64,000 nt of DNA from Daphnia carinata (taxonomy: Eukaryota): the NCBI RefSeq assembly GCF_022539665.2, contig NC_081333.1, forward strand, positions 744,001 to 808,000, given 5' to 3'. A program made the translations under genes and the position numbers. The notes under the pieces were generated by a model, which was not told the DNA's origin, searched no databases, and saw only the letters and a list, made by a program, of their open reading frames with translations. This document shows positions 1 to 22,800 of the stretch, piece after piece (the stretch's first letter is position 1; every line of letters starts with the position of its first letter).

Positions 1-2137
1 GCTACAAAATACATCCTTGGTTTGCTTACACCCCTTCACAAAGATGAACGGAGCCAATGGCTTGAAAAGCTAGTTGATGTAATTCAAAAGCAAGGCCTGT
101 TAGACAGCACAACTGTTGAAAAATCACATATTGAAAAAGCTGCTAAGGTAACATCCCAAACCATTACTTTGTTGTTTGTTTTACATTTGAAAATTCAATT
201 TCAAACTTGTTTTTTTAGGAATGTTGTCAGAATGAATTGGATGAAGCCACCAGTTTGTTAAATGTGATATCTGCCTTTGATGTTCCAAAATTCATCTATA
301 ACACTGAAAGAAAAAAGTATCTTCCATATGAATCTTCAACTGGTCTTCTAAATTTGTTTGGTGATCCGAAAGATAAAGCCGAAATGTTTCGTCATCGGTA
401 CGCTCTTCTTCATCAAAGGTTCGATCTAGTTTTCAACTGATAACCAAATGTTGAAATATAAGTCTGTCTTTGTTGTTCAAGGACCTCCCGCCATAGCCTT
501 TTTACTCCATCTGTTTTAGGATCAAGTTCAACTTCATCGCAAAACAAGTATCAACTACAACCTATTGAATACTTGTTAGGGATGTCAACAAAGTTAACCA
601 ACCTTGTAGTTCTTGGAATGCTAACTTACTTAACTGAAGGAAAATTGCATCTAGAAGATATGACTGGATCTGTTCCTGTGTCACTGAAAGAAACTGTAAT
701 TCTTGTTATTCATTTTGGTTGAACAATCAAAACGTTTTTGGATGTATGTATATGCACATTACGCAAATTTGATCTTATTTTTTTATCATTCAAGAACTTC
801 CATGGTGGGCTGTTTACTGAAAATTGCTTTGTTCTTGGACAAGGCTATTTTCAAGATGGAGTGTTTCACATTGAACATTTAGGCATGCCACCACCTGAAC
901 CAGCCAAAGTTACAAGGTGTAACTATTAAGTTTTTATTCTAGAAGAAAATGTAACACTTATTAAATTATAGAACCTACTTTGGGAACGCAAATTTTTTCG
1001 GTGGTCCTAGTACGTCATGCTTGAAACTTTCTTCTAAGCTGAAAGCGCAAGAAGATCAAAATCCAGAGGCGATGATGGTTTTTCTTTCCGATGTTTGGTT
1101 GGACCAAACAAAAGTATGCCATTACTTTCTATTTTAACAAGCATTTTAGGTTGCTCATATGTTTGTCGTGACAATATTTTATTTAATTGTTTCCATGCTT
1201 TAATAGGTGATGGAAAAGTTGCGCATTCTCTTTGCAGGCTATTGCGAAGATCCTCCAATATGCTTCGTGTTAATGGGAAATTTCCTCTCAAGCACTTCAT
1301 GTAGCACTTCATCAGGACAACTACGCCAATTATTCAAATCGCTTGCCGAAATGATAAAAGAATTTCCCAACCTCGTTGAACAAACCCAATTTGTGTTTGT
1401 TCCGGGTCCATCAGATTCCGGCTTTTGCAACATCCTTCCGAGGTCTGTACATCCTGAAAATAATTTAAGATAAACAATTTTCTTTCAAACACTTTGTTGT
1501 GTACGAAATAATGAACGAATTGCGGTTGTGTTAAACAGCGTGATTTAAGAATCTTGTTTTATTTAGGCCTCCGCTTGCAAAAATTATTCGGGAAGAATTT
1601 ATGCAACGAGTTCCTAATGGTGTGTTTACTACGAATCCATGCCGTATTCAGTATGGAACGAAGGAAATAGTCGTTTTACGTGAAGATATTATAACAAAAA
1701 TGTGCCGAAATGCAATTCATTTCCCTTCTACTGATGATATCCCTCAACAGGTACGTCAAGCTAATACTGGTAGTAAAGTAATATTTTTCAGCTAGTCTTA
1801 CGTATTCTCTGTAGTTTGCTAAATCGCTGACATCGCAAGGCCATTTGTGCCCTCTTCCCAGCGAAATCTGCCCAATCTATTGGCCATACGATCATGCATT
1901 GTATTTGTATCCTTTGCCTGATGCCGTAGTCATTGGCGACCGCTTTGGCGGGTTTGCAGCACAAAATATGGACTGCATCATTTTTAACCCAGTAAGCTAT
2001 CTCTTAGAAAACTCTTTGACATCAGGTGCACTAAATATGTTGTTCAATAGGGACCATTTTCTCGGAACAACTTCAATTTCAAAGTATTCATACCTTTGAG
2101 CTCTCAAGTCGAAGATAGTGAAATTGGCGATAGTTAG
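1..2137 (+). CDS. POLE2: DNA polymerase epsilon subunit 2 (B subunit), multi-exon, 5' end lies before the window
   Basis: Spliced exon translations give recognisable POLE2/Dpb2 segments: [14 protein letters not shown]...[110 protein letters not shown]. Introns are short GT-AG. The last exon is 2051-2137 and ends in TAG. Confidence 0.96.
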
Positions 2138-2603
2138 TAATTGAAATACATTTTGTTGAATAAATGTTGTTCGCACGACCTACAGAATGAAGGGGCAAAC
2201 ACTGTGTGTACTTTTTCCGACTGTAACAGACTTTCTATTTTTGTAACAGTATTTACATATATATTTAAGTAACGCAAAATGATACAAGAACAGGGAATAT
2301 ATAGCAACAGGATGACCTCAAATAAGGATTTATTTTAGCATTATGGAAGTAGGATATTTCAAACGGAAATTCCAAGGTAATTTTGTTTTTTTCTCAAAGT
2401 AATTCTCAGCTGGCGTGTAAATTCAGATATTTGATGCCTGAAGAACTAAAGTGAGATGATGAGATGTATGCCTGTACAATTTCTACGCTTTAGGGGCGGC
2501 AATATCTGAGGGGAATTGAATAAGCAGCCTAATAAATCTTATTCAGTTGTCATTGTTGACATTTAATCATCTCGATCAAGTTGGCAAATCAGCGCATACA
2601 AAG

Positions 2604-4412
<1,809 letters not shown>

Positions 4413-4422
4413 TTGAATAAGT

Positions 4423-4539
4423 CACGTACACCATTCCAATTCCAACAATCCTGTTGTAAAGCGGGCGGAGTTTAGAGCTCCGTTCTGTTACCAATATTTA
4501 TGCTCCCTAAACACACGTCATATTATTTGGAGTTACGTG
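4423..4539. promoter_or_regulatory. Cluster of three hypoxia-response-element cores (RCGTG) just 5' of the EGLN start codon
   Basis: TACGTG on - strand at 4423-4428, GACGTG on - strand at 4514-4519 and TACGTG on + strand at 4534-4539, all within 130 nt of the ATG at 4412. Confidence 0.55.
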
Positions 4540-5237
4540 GTAGCCCTAAAGTAAAGCATGAATGAGGACTGCATAGAATTCGATTGGCTACTCATTCAGT
4601 GAAATAATTTTTTTGCAGTAAAATAAAACAATTGCTCGAAAGCGTTAGAGTAGCCGAAGACTACTCTACGGGCCTAGCAAACATGCCTTACGGTTTAAAA
4701 GGGCCTGTACACGGAAAATACCAATCATTTTAAAATCATTAGCTTACTTTCTTGGTATATTTAGTATATTTTTTAGTTATTTTTTGTACTCAAGATTAAC
4801 GTATATTCCTGAGCTTTATTTTAATACCTTTTTCTTATACACATTAAAACATATTTCGGAAATTCCCAGATAATTTAGCAGGGAATTTAACTTCATTTCA
4901 GTTCTTATACTTCCAAAGCCTAAACCAAAGGAAGCGAGGGCGAACTCTAATGTGATGACTTCTTATTCAAAAAGAAAGAAAAAAGTAATAACTATCAGTA
5001 ACGTAGGTTATAAAATATAAATTGCTGGTAGTGATTCACAGCTGGTAAGTTAACAACGTCAATTGCCAGGACACAATGTATCGTTGAAATTTAAGCATCA
5101 GGGGGTTCGATGTCCATTGCTACGCTATACGTTAATGTTAATATAACAATGACGGTATAAAGTCTCCTCAAGGACCCATTTATTTATCGAACTTAAACCA
5201 ACAGATCGAACGATATCGACCGAAATTCCACGGTAAG

Positions 5238-12205
<6,968 letters not shown>

Positions 12206-15200
12206 ACTGGTAAATTTGCTGATGAAATTCGGTAATTCACAGTCAAGACCATGCGACAACCTCACTTCTATCCTGAGATGAGAAGAACGGAGACTATGAC
12301 GTGAAACAAAAATAGAAAAATACCATGCCTGGAACTAACGCCATCTGGGATCGGCCACTGTGATTCCGTGCTTTACACAGTGCACGAGGTCGTCAAACTC
12401 ATTTCACCCTACTACTTCAAAGACCGGGTCCTGAAGGAGGCTTTTAACTTGACAAAAGGCTGTAAAAGTTTCCTACAGACAGCATTTATCTTGTTTATCA
12501 ATCTACCTCTCGCAGTACAGGAAGTAAAGAAACATGCAAAAATCTCCAGCTCTCAGGTAGTCTATCCTGATAGCGTTTGGGCTTCCACACGAAATGCCGC
12601 CAAAGTTGAAGGGAAAAGCGAAAACTTCTGAGACTGATATATCACGAATTGCGATGGATCAGCTTCTCATGTTGGTTCAGCAATCCACGACTATCATTCT
12701 GCGTTCGCCAATGCCATTTCTGCAAACCCCCTTAAAGTATGCATGTTGAATTGTGGATTCCCTGTTGAATTCAATGGTTGGATGACTCCCGAATACTTAG
12801 TAATTTATCACAAGTTTCATTTTGCTAGATTTTTAAACTGCTTTTTTCCCATCAGGTTTCCTCGAAATTCCAACTCCTGAGTGCCTGAATATAACAACTG
12901 GCGTTTTTTCTTTCTTTTTTTTTTTCTTATTTTTTGTTTTTTAGTTTTTTTTTTTTTTTTTTTGCCACCAAATCAACTTTCTTTCTCATGAAACTCTTGT
13001 GTAAGTCTTTCTTATCCTGACAGTCTTTAACGATCAGTTTCTTCTTCACCATAACTTCAAAAGGAGTTCCTGGAATTCATAAATTATGGAACATTTATTC
13101 TCTGCACCGTCTGACAAAGTTTGGCAAAAGAACCCTTGTAAATTCGTATCTTTCTAAATTAAAGTAGTTAATTCGAATGATAATCACTTTCTGATATGTG
13201 CGTGGGTACCCCTCGATTCCAAATCATATCATGTAGCGGTCCCACCGAACAATATAGATTGGCCGCCTGATAGAACGAATTCCTGCATGTACTCGCCATC
13301 TATATTGCGTATGGCCTGACAGGATATGAGTTTACTTGTGAATAACAGATGGCTCTGTTCATTTTTCGTATATTATTAATAGGAGTATCTAAAGAAAATG
13401 GATCGTCGTTCTTGTTCTACCAAAGACACTTATTGCAGTAAACTTAGACAGCTCAGTAAAAGAAAATAACTCATAAAAAACTTTCCAAAAATTCGGCAAA
13501 CAAACTAGCACAACTGAATTTGATCTGAGTCAATAGAGTTCGATCGAGTCTCATCGCTCTGGATTAAGAGCTAAAAATGACACGTAAAACATTGAAGCCC
13601 AGGATTTTACATCAGTAGCCACAGGCGATGAAAATGTAATAATCGTTACCAAACCCTGCAATAAAATTAAGTGGGTTAAAACAAATAGAAACTCCACACA
13701 TTCATAAGGCGAAAAATACGCATCTAGGAAGCCGAGAACATAAACAAGACTGGCACTATGCCAATAATGGTACAATGGTGGAATTGATTGGCATACGCCG
13801 TTTTATCAGACGCAATCATTTATAGCTTAACAAGCATCTCTGTAAATTTGCCTTCGGGGGGATTCTGCGCGAGCGCAGCTATCTGATTACGCAACGAATA
13901 CAGTACATTAGCTACGGCACTGCCACTTATCTATGGCTTACATGAAATGTAAGCTTTATTCTTTGATAAATCCTTCGGTCGTTATTTGAATGTCACCTGC
14001 TACTTATAGTAAACTTATTGAGGCAAATCTAATAGACGAATGGGATTTTGAAAGTTATTTATTATTGTTTTAAGATTTCATATAATTTTTGGTTTTAAAT
14101 TTCCAGAATGCATCTGTTTCAAAGGTCAAGTATTCGTGATTCGTGTATTGCAGAGATAAGATGTAATCTTTAGAAAAGTTTTGCTGTTTGCACTTGCAGC
14201 GTATTTCATCACAATTATCGTTTCAATTTGTCATGATTTGTACGGGAAAAAAAGATCCGAAGTGCTATTCGGATTGTGCGATATCCGTTAGCCTTTTTTT
14301 TTTTTAAATCTATTTACTAGGTTGAATTGAAATAAAACCAACACATTTCATGGGAACTCTTCAGTTTTCTGTTTCCGATCTGTGTCACAATCTCGACCCA
14401 TTTGCAATATGCCGTTGCAATGCAAAACAAGAGAAACTTGAATATTTTGAAACACGACATAAAACATTAAGCAAACAAAACAAAACAAATTCGAAAATGA
14501 AGGACAAAAAAATACATTTTAAAAGCTTCGTGTATTTTCCCTAATAAAAGCCCAAGGCATTTAAAAATTTGTACACAGTTCCATAAGAAATGTGGCAAAA
14601 TGCGAGGTCAATGATATCACACAAAAAAATCTATGACGAACCCAACCATCCGATCGGGCATAGTGGGGGGCGAAAACGATGGGTCATGGATGGTTGAAAA
14701 AAAAATTGTATACAGGAAGACAAAATAGTAGGGTATGTCAAAAGAATATCAGCTGAGTGCGAGAACCGAGGGGAGGACGACCGTTATACAGCAGACGCTG
14801 AAAGCTACCGCAAATCGGGTTTTCAAGTGTGCAGTAACTGTTTTTCTTCATCGTTCGCCACCGACATTATCTAGGTCTGTTCGAATCTACCACGCAAATG
14901 TAGGGCTAATGGTCGTCCCTATTTTTCTTTCAAAACTGTCCACTGCAAACAAATCAATTTGCAAATGCGATCGGTGCCAATCGTTTGACGGGGATATACA
15001 GAGAAAAAGAAGAAGTTTGTCATGGACATCGACAACCACCGACCAAAGATACGTAGAAAAATCGATAGACATCAGTGTATGCATTATTTGAAGTGAACAA
15101 GCAGCCATTGACATTCAACTGAATTTCATTTGCGCACTAGAAAATCAAATCGTCTCCCCCCCCCCCCTTCCTTGTCGATGCAAAACTTCTTTTTTTCGTT

Positions 15201-15856
15201 TGTAGAACGTCGTGTTAAAAATGTGAAATAAATCTTTTGAAAGAAAAAGAGGTTCGTACGTATTCAACATACCATTAGGTGATGAAAGTTTTGGCAAGAA
15301 AAAAAAAAGAAAAAAAAAAAAATCTATGTCAACTGTGTTGCAAGATAGCGTAACCCTGACGGACGAGTCACAATCATTTTTCATGCTGGAAAATGAGCAA
15401 AGATGCCATTTGACGTTCTCATTTTCACGGTTCAAACTGAGCCTGTGTGTTGGGTTCTATTCAGACAACGGATAGTTTGCGATACACGGTCCGATTTGTT
15501 CGTATGGTTTGCACTCGATCGTTGTAGAAATGAAACAGAAATGATGGCAAATGAAGTGTGTACAGTACCGGATCAGCAGACGCTCTCGGAAGTTTTTTAA
15601 GAACATCGGACAAAAAAAAACAAAAAAAAAAAAACAGATTCGTACCCTCATTTTTCTTTGTTGTTTCTCGTGGACGGCGGGGTGGGGCGAAAGAGCAGAG
15701 GGGGGAAACCCGACTTGCAAGTCGACTACGATAGGAGGCCATTGGGCAAGGCAAAAAAAAAAAGAAGGAAAGGAGATTCCAAATTCCATATCCACGATTT
15801 GCCACCAGAGGCTCTCCCCTCCACTCTCTATTCGCTACCCGTTTCTCCAGAGCTTT

Positions 15857-16138
15857 TGTCAGTGTAGCCTCTGCCTGGGCTTCTGCCGCACGTGCGTGGA
15901 GTTGCTGTTCGTTCTGGTTTCAAAACTCGGGGAGAGCGAATACTTTTTTTTTTTTATCGTTTGTGTGTCTTATTGATACTCGAGTGCATAGCAAAGTGTA
16001 CCTAATTGGGAAAGTGACGGTCAAACGAGTTTCTATTTTAATTGATTTTTTTTTGGCTCCCGTCTTACTGGATTAGCTGTCGGACATGTGGGATTTTTCA
16101 AAGCTGCTAAGAAAAGAGAAGAAAACGCTTCAATTTTG
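15857..16138 (+). promoter_or_regulatory. Possible non-coding first exon and promoter of RERE
   Basis: A GC-richer patch at 15670-15940 contains an Inr-like TCAGT near 15858 and ends at a donor-like TTG|GTAGGT at 16138. A candidate acceptor TTACAG| lies at 19240, just before the ATG. No transcript evidence is available. Confidence 0.3.
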
Positions 16139-19100
16139 GTAGGTTTTCTCATTTGCCTTTCACCCAACGTTTTGTGCACGAGTTTGCTGTCGTTTAGAGA
16201 GACATTACGTGGTTCAGTAATTATTTATACGAGTATACGATACACGTTTCAACGTAGAATGTAAGGAATCATGTGCTTTGGGTGGGGGTTGGATCTCCAT
16301 TTTGTTTTCTGGACAATCATTTTTTTTTGGCGGGTTAAAAAATTGTTGGAAATGATAAAAAAAAAAAAAAAAGCTTTTGTGCGATTGGCGGATTTTTTTT
16401 TTTTTTTTGAAACAAAAGACGTTTTGTCACTTTTCTAGGCTTTTCTCCCCCTCCCCCCCATCTCTTTGATGCATTCCCTAAGGACGTTTTTATAATTCCA
16501 TATGGCATTTCTCAACTGTGCTTTTCTGTTTCATTTTTTCAAAGCATTTGCCAATTCAACCCCCTCCCTGTTTAAGAAAAAGAACATTTTAACGTGTGTA
16601 CGGCTAAAGAATTTGAATGACTAAATTCGACTGATATGCTATATAAGAAACATTGCCGCTAGACAGAGCCATTAACGTTCTACCACTCCATTTGTCCGTC
16701 TTTTATTTTTTGAAAAAAAAAAAAAGAAATGGCGTGATTGATTGCAAAAGAAGAGGTAACCGAAAGTTTATGGGATTATGACTAGTCATGCGATTTCTGT
16801 TACGAGGTTGGTATCAATCTGCAATAGCTGTTATTCATGGCTGCTCTTTTAACGTACTACGCCATTAAACAACGTGAAAACAAACAGCGTCGTCTGCCTC
16901 CTTTCTCTCTTTATATATTGAAATTGAAGCCTTTTCTTGTTATTGAAGAGTTAAAACTCACTTAACCGAAAAACAAGAGAAAAAGGTCTCTCATTAATCT
17001 GGTTTGGTCGTTCTTTTTTTTTTTTCTGTGCCAAAGGTCACCGTTCTCTCATATTATTTTCCCTTTTTTTTTTTTTCTTTCAAAGTTGGTCTGTTTTCTC
17101 CATACAAAAAAAAAAGGCTTTTTTTATGGTTCCAGTACGTTTCTTTTTTTTTTAAGTCCCTCCCAATGCCCCTGTACCCTCCCCATCTACTTGGGAAACA
17201 TAGGTCTCCTCCTGTCCAAATGATGCCCTTAGGGCGTTTTCTTGTGTTCTCACCAGAGGCGCACTTGAAGAAATTCCTATAATAGCACACAGATCTATCA
17301 AACAAAACACAAAAAGATATCCATCCATCCATCCGACGTAAGGGGGGGGGGGGGGGGTGGGATATGTGCTCAAATTCCAATATTCAAATGCGTGCAAATG
17401 TTGTGTGGGCTTTATTGTTTTTGTTTCGTCATTTCGAAATTGTGCACGAATCGGCCAGTCGTTTTTCCTAAAAAAAAAAAGGCTAATCCATGTGTTGTTT
17501 TTCGTTAACGTTAGCAACGGTGGAACAAAAACAGTGGCAAACACAAATGATAAACATTTACGACGTACGTTTGTTGCAATCGTTTTCTCACCGCTACGTG
17601 GTACGCGACATTCTCTTTTTTGTTTGTTACCTTTTGTTCTACCGTTTATATTTTTTATCATCCGCCATTGAATCGTTCGAAAAATCGAAATTGATGCAAG
17701 AAATGATGTTCGAAAAAATGTGTGACATGTGAAGTACGTGGGGTGAATCGAACGATTAGTTTACCGGCAGATCTCGTGTAAAAAAGGGAGGAGGTGGGTG
17801 GATGGGGTGAACGCTATTGAATTGGCTCTTTCATGTCCGGAGGGAAGTTTTTGGGGTGGGGTTGACGAGAGTAGGATGGGGGTGGGGTTCCCCCCTTTGT
17901 CGCCAGAAGCATTTTTCAACTTTTATTTGATATTGAACGTCACGTTAGTCGCTGACTTGTCCCGTAATTAAGTTACATAAACTCGTTATATGTTGGCACT
18001 CGAATGAAAAACAGATTTTGTTTTTGGCCATTATTAAATTTTGTTTTTGCAGTGGTTCTTGACGTTATCGCAACGGACGATGAAAACTATTTGATGAACG
18101 ATGATGAAAAATGAATGTGAAACTGTTTTCTTTATTGATCTAATTTAGCTGTAAGATTGAAAGAAAATGTACGACTCGCTTATAGTTTTCCTTGTTTAAG
18201 GCTTTTCTAACGGGACAGTAGAAATTGCTCTCTTTCTCTCTTGGGCAGTTTTCTTAATTTGTTTAATTCAACGTCGGGAGGGCTAGATGGTTTCAGCAAC
18301 GACGCAAAACTGGTCGTGCCGCTCGATTGTCCGATCGATCTCTCGTAGCCTCCATTTTGAATAGAAGGGGAGGATGATGCATAGACTAAAGACCAATTCC
18401 ATTACTCGATTTTTTCAACAGAAAATATGTGTGTATGCAGGTAAAAAAAAAAAGAAAGAGGCTCAAGCCGTGTATGACCTGCGGCTACGTTTCGTTTTAT
18501 TTGACGTTGAAAGGCAACGTGGAACATCCTGCGTGGAAATGTTTGCTCCGACTTCCGCTTTCGTGTCGACGTGAAAAACATCTCTCTCTTTATTTTCGGG
18601 AGATGAGCTTCTTTGTCTTGTTCTCTTTCTTTTATAGACCGTTTTATTTCATGCATAATTGAGACAAACGCTGGCAGCCACAAGCCTCGCTATCTAATCG
18701 TTTGAGAGCAGTTGTTTTTTAGTAGCAGGAATTGTGAGTTTAAAAAGAAAAAAAAAAAGGGAAGCTGATAAGTAGTTACCTGCTAATGTTTTTGTTTAAA
18801 TTCCCATTTTGGGAGATTCTCGAAACAAAAAATTTTTTTTACATGGACAAAACATCGACGTGCCAGGTAGCACTTAAACTCGTGGACCTTAAATGGATAC
18901 AATCCAACTTGATGTTGTTTGTTTTTTCCCGTTTTCCGATATAGTTTCCTTTGAATTAAAAAAAAAAAAAGTTTTTCTCGGTTAGATTGTAACGAAATTC
19001 ATTTTTTTTTTTTTTAAAGTGGGTCATGAGTTTTCGGAGGAAAACCGCGTTTTCGTTTCCTTGATCCTCTTTTGTTTTTATTGGCAACGAGATGGAAAAT

Positions 19101-19294
19101 AGATAAGGTGCCAAGGGCCAATGTTGGTCACTTTCTCACGTAGCCAAATCAAATTTGATTAGCCATCATACGTCAAATGCTAGTGATAAAAACAATCCAA
19201 TTAAATCGAATTTTTTTTTTCTTAAAATTGATTATTACAGTTGCTGTTGTGTTTTATCTGACTGAAAAAGAAAAAAAAAGAAACGAAGAAAGAA

Positions 19295-19802
19295 ATGAGT
19301 TCGAATGGAACTGGAGAACTAGTGTGTTCGAAGCCGACGCGCGTGACCGGCAAAAGCGGTTTGGACCGAACGGCCACCGGAAGCGGATTATCAGCTGGTC
19401 GTGCCGTCCAGTCATCAAACAGCGACGCTGCGATGGCCAATAACAAGAACACGCCGGAGAAGAGGAACTCGCCCGCGTGCAGCGAATCGCCGCGCAAAAC
19501 GTTGCGACGTCGCGCTGCCAAAATGGAAGACGAGGATGAAGAGGACGCCGACGTGGCGACGGCCACGACAACTCCGCCGGACGTGACCAACGATTACCCC
19601 GTGATCGTGACGGAAGACAATGTCACCGCGACGGCCAGCGTCGTGGTGGACACTGTGTGCGAGGACGTGTCCGTCGCCGTGACGGGCAAGAAAAACATTC
19701 GCGGCAAAGTGTGGCGAGCTCGCAACGGCGATTACGTCAGATACTTGTGCGTCGACGATGGAGCAGATTATCGGCCAGGAGGTACGTGTCTGTTTTTTTT
19801 TG

Positions 19803-19842
<40 letters not shown>

Positions 19843-22800
19843 GTGGGACATCGTGCAGACACAGTTGACTAGCGTTTTTTTTTTGTTTTACAATGGAAAC
19901 GCGCAGCAGCCGGGAAATGAGTCAACGCCCCCTTACTCGTATTTACGTCCGTTTTTTAGTTCTTTATCTTTCGTTTATTTGGTCGGTTTTTAATTTGAGC
20001 GCTGATGACGACGTATTAATTTGTTTATAAGGACGGGTTGTTGAGACATTCGTTTAGATGTCGCACGGCGTTGTAGACATTGTGCGCAAGAGAGACGTGT
20101 GCAAATGAATTGTTTGCATCCTTAACAAGCTTTTTGTTCGTTTAAAAATCGCTATCATTCCGTTTGCTGCTTCTCGAGAAAAGAAATCATTGTTTTGCAA
20201 TTATGCAGCGCCAAAAGAGGTTGAGGTTGTTGTCTGAAATTGCTTTGAATGCGCAATGTTCGACAAGAAACGAAAATCATGTTGATAACCGACATCCTTT
20301 TTTTTTTTTTTCGTGAAGAAAGAAAGGATGTTGCGAGTCAGACTCTGTGCGGATGGATCGATGATCCGCCTGCTCCAGGAATCATTGGAAGCTCAAAATG
20401 TAAGGAAAGTAAAACGTAGCAACGAGCCCCTTTTTATTTATATTGATGTAAGAGGGGAGGTAGATGTGAAAGGGAAAGCCATGAAGATGTCACGATGAAA
20501 TCAAAAGTCAAACGGCGTTCGCTTTCATTTAGTCTTGCCAAAGTGATTGATTCGGTCGGGTAACTCGTGTTTTTCAAGTGTCGCGTAGTACACAGGTCGT
20601 TACGTAAACCGCCTCTTGACTGGGCGACCAAAGTGTGTATCCATTTCCGATTTATTTTTTTTTTTTTTTTTCTATCTTGTTTGAGGCCAATTTTGTCGTA
20701 ACATTTCAGAGAAACGCCATACGTTAGTTGTGTGTGCGGAAGGAAAAAGAGAAGGGAATGAAGAATAAATGGATAGGATAGAAGGAGAAAAGAAAGGGAT
20801 AAGGAGGAGGAAAAAAAGGGGGGGAGGGAGAGGGACTCGGGAGAGCGCAGGCTTCCGGCTCTTTTAACACACGCACATTGCGACTAGACTATTAAGTGAC
20901 GCTGACTGGTTTCGGTTGTGGTGACAAGCTCGTTTCCTGTTGACTTGTCAGTTATCCCCACCGTGCAATGTCTTTGACAATGAGTATTAGCTTTCCCCCC
21001 CCCCCCTTTTTTTGTTTTTTTTTTTCTAACACGAATTTAACAGTTTGTTTTTTTTTAAATTTAAACGCGTAAATCAATCGGAAACGAAGAAGAAATCGCA
21101 ACATTTTCCCATCAATTTCGCTCATTGATTCGAATTCAAAATGGCATAGATCAAAAGAACATGTTTTTTTGTTTTTTTTTATATTCTGAAGCATCCGTTT
21201 TCATCTCTGTCCGATCGCAACGAAAGAAAATCAAATAACAAAACTCGAGAGATGTGCTGTGGTCGATATTGCTAGTTCATCGACCGGATATCTACTGCCA
21301 GCAAACGACAATCTCATGCAAACTGATTGTATATAGGCCCTCGTTCGTTCTCCTTCTCATGTGTGTGTGTGTTTACGTCGTTTGGCTATGGTGTAGCTCA
21401 ACTCGCGATTAGTTAGGAGACGTTGAACGTGTACCGCCTTGTTTCTATTTTCTACCAAATTGAAAAGGAATGAAAAGGAGAAGAAAATGAAAATGGTGGA
21501 GGGTGTGTGTGTGTGTGTGCTTTCTTTGAACATGAAAGGATCTCTTTTCTACGACGGATTGTGTCATCATCACGACTAGCTTCTAGCCCATCATACCATC
21601 CGATCCGCTAACGTTTGATCTTTTTTGTTTCTTTTGCCTTTTGTCCCCTTTTTCTTATTTTATTTATTTTTATTCCGCCTGCCGGCAATTGCATTTGTAG
21701 TCACGCAAGAATGACAAGAAAAGAGAGAGAGACATTTGAACAGTTGTCACCTGATAACGTGAAGGAGCGACAGTTTTTATCATTAGGCTAACTTGCATGA
21801 GCTAAACGTTTCACTAATTCACGTAGGCAAATTAGCTGCGTGTCTATGTCGATAGATTGGAGATGCCGTCGGCGAATCATTTGATTGTCTAATGTACGTG
21901 GAGTGCAGAGATATTCAGTTTGAGTAATTGAGCAGATTTAGAATGAGTCCGTAACGTTTTTGTTATTTGTTAGGGGGTGGGGGTGGGTGGGGGGGGGGAG
22001 AGAGAAAGGCACCGTACCAGAATTGCCATCGATTAAAGTCGAATATGTCTCGCAACAAAGGAACCGTAGCCGAATGGTGTCATCTAGCGGATGCATTTAG
22101 CAATAACAGACCATGTGGGAAAAAAAAAAAAGAAATAAATGTGGACAAATTGGGGTTTTATTTACTGGGGCTCATCTCTCTTGCGATGCAAATCTTTTTT
22201 TTTTTTTTTTTTTTTTTTCTTCCCTCGATCGTAAGCCAAAGGCAAAATAATAGAAAAACACATTTTATATCCTCTCTCCCTCCCTTTTTTTTTTTTTTCC
22301 TTCCGGAAGCTCTAGACGGTAAACGTGTTGAAAAGGATAATAGCCATCTAGTGAGGAAAAGGATTATCTTTGTTGTATACTAATAACAACTGTCTATGCG
22401 TGTGTGTGTGTATATACACGGGCAAGAATCAAGAAGAAGAAGGAAGGTCAATGACAACAGAGGGAGAGAGAGAGAAAGAAAAAAAAAGAGTTTTCTTTTT
22501 CTTTTATTTTATCGTAAGACCAAGAGTCGACGAGTCGTAAATCAGGAAGTCAAAGATTAGCCCCAACAGCAGGAGCAGAGCAGGAGCAGCAGTTTGGGCA
22601 ACGACAGTGCGTGACTCGAGTTTACTCACGCAAAGATACATTAGTCGTTAACGAGAGAGGGGTGGGCAGGAGAGAAATAGATAAAAATGGGGGGGGGGAA
22701 GGACGAAAAAAAAAAAAATGAAATTTGTTCTGTCGTTTTTTTTTCGGCCCACATTGATCGTATAATAAAATGCGAAAAAAAAAAAAAAAAAAAGAGGGAA

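Noticed and set aside
4682..4730. Resemblance to U12 (ATGCCTTA...GGAAAATA) or U11 (AAAAGGGC) snRNA 5' ends
   Set aside because: The spacing is wrong, the branch-site pairing sequence is absent, and downstream sequence does not continue the match.
12368..13150. 87-aa ORF and adjacent exon-like stretch with a poly-T run upstream of EPRS
   Set aside because: In-frame stops follow, there is no ATG start and no recognisable domain. It may be a decayed gene or transposon fragment but cannot be supported.
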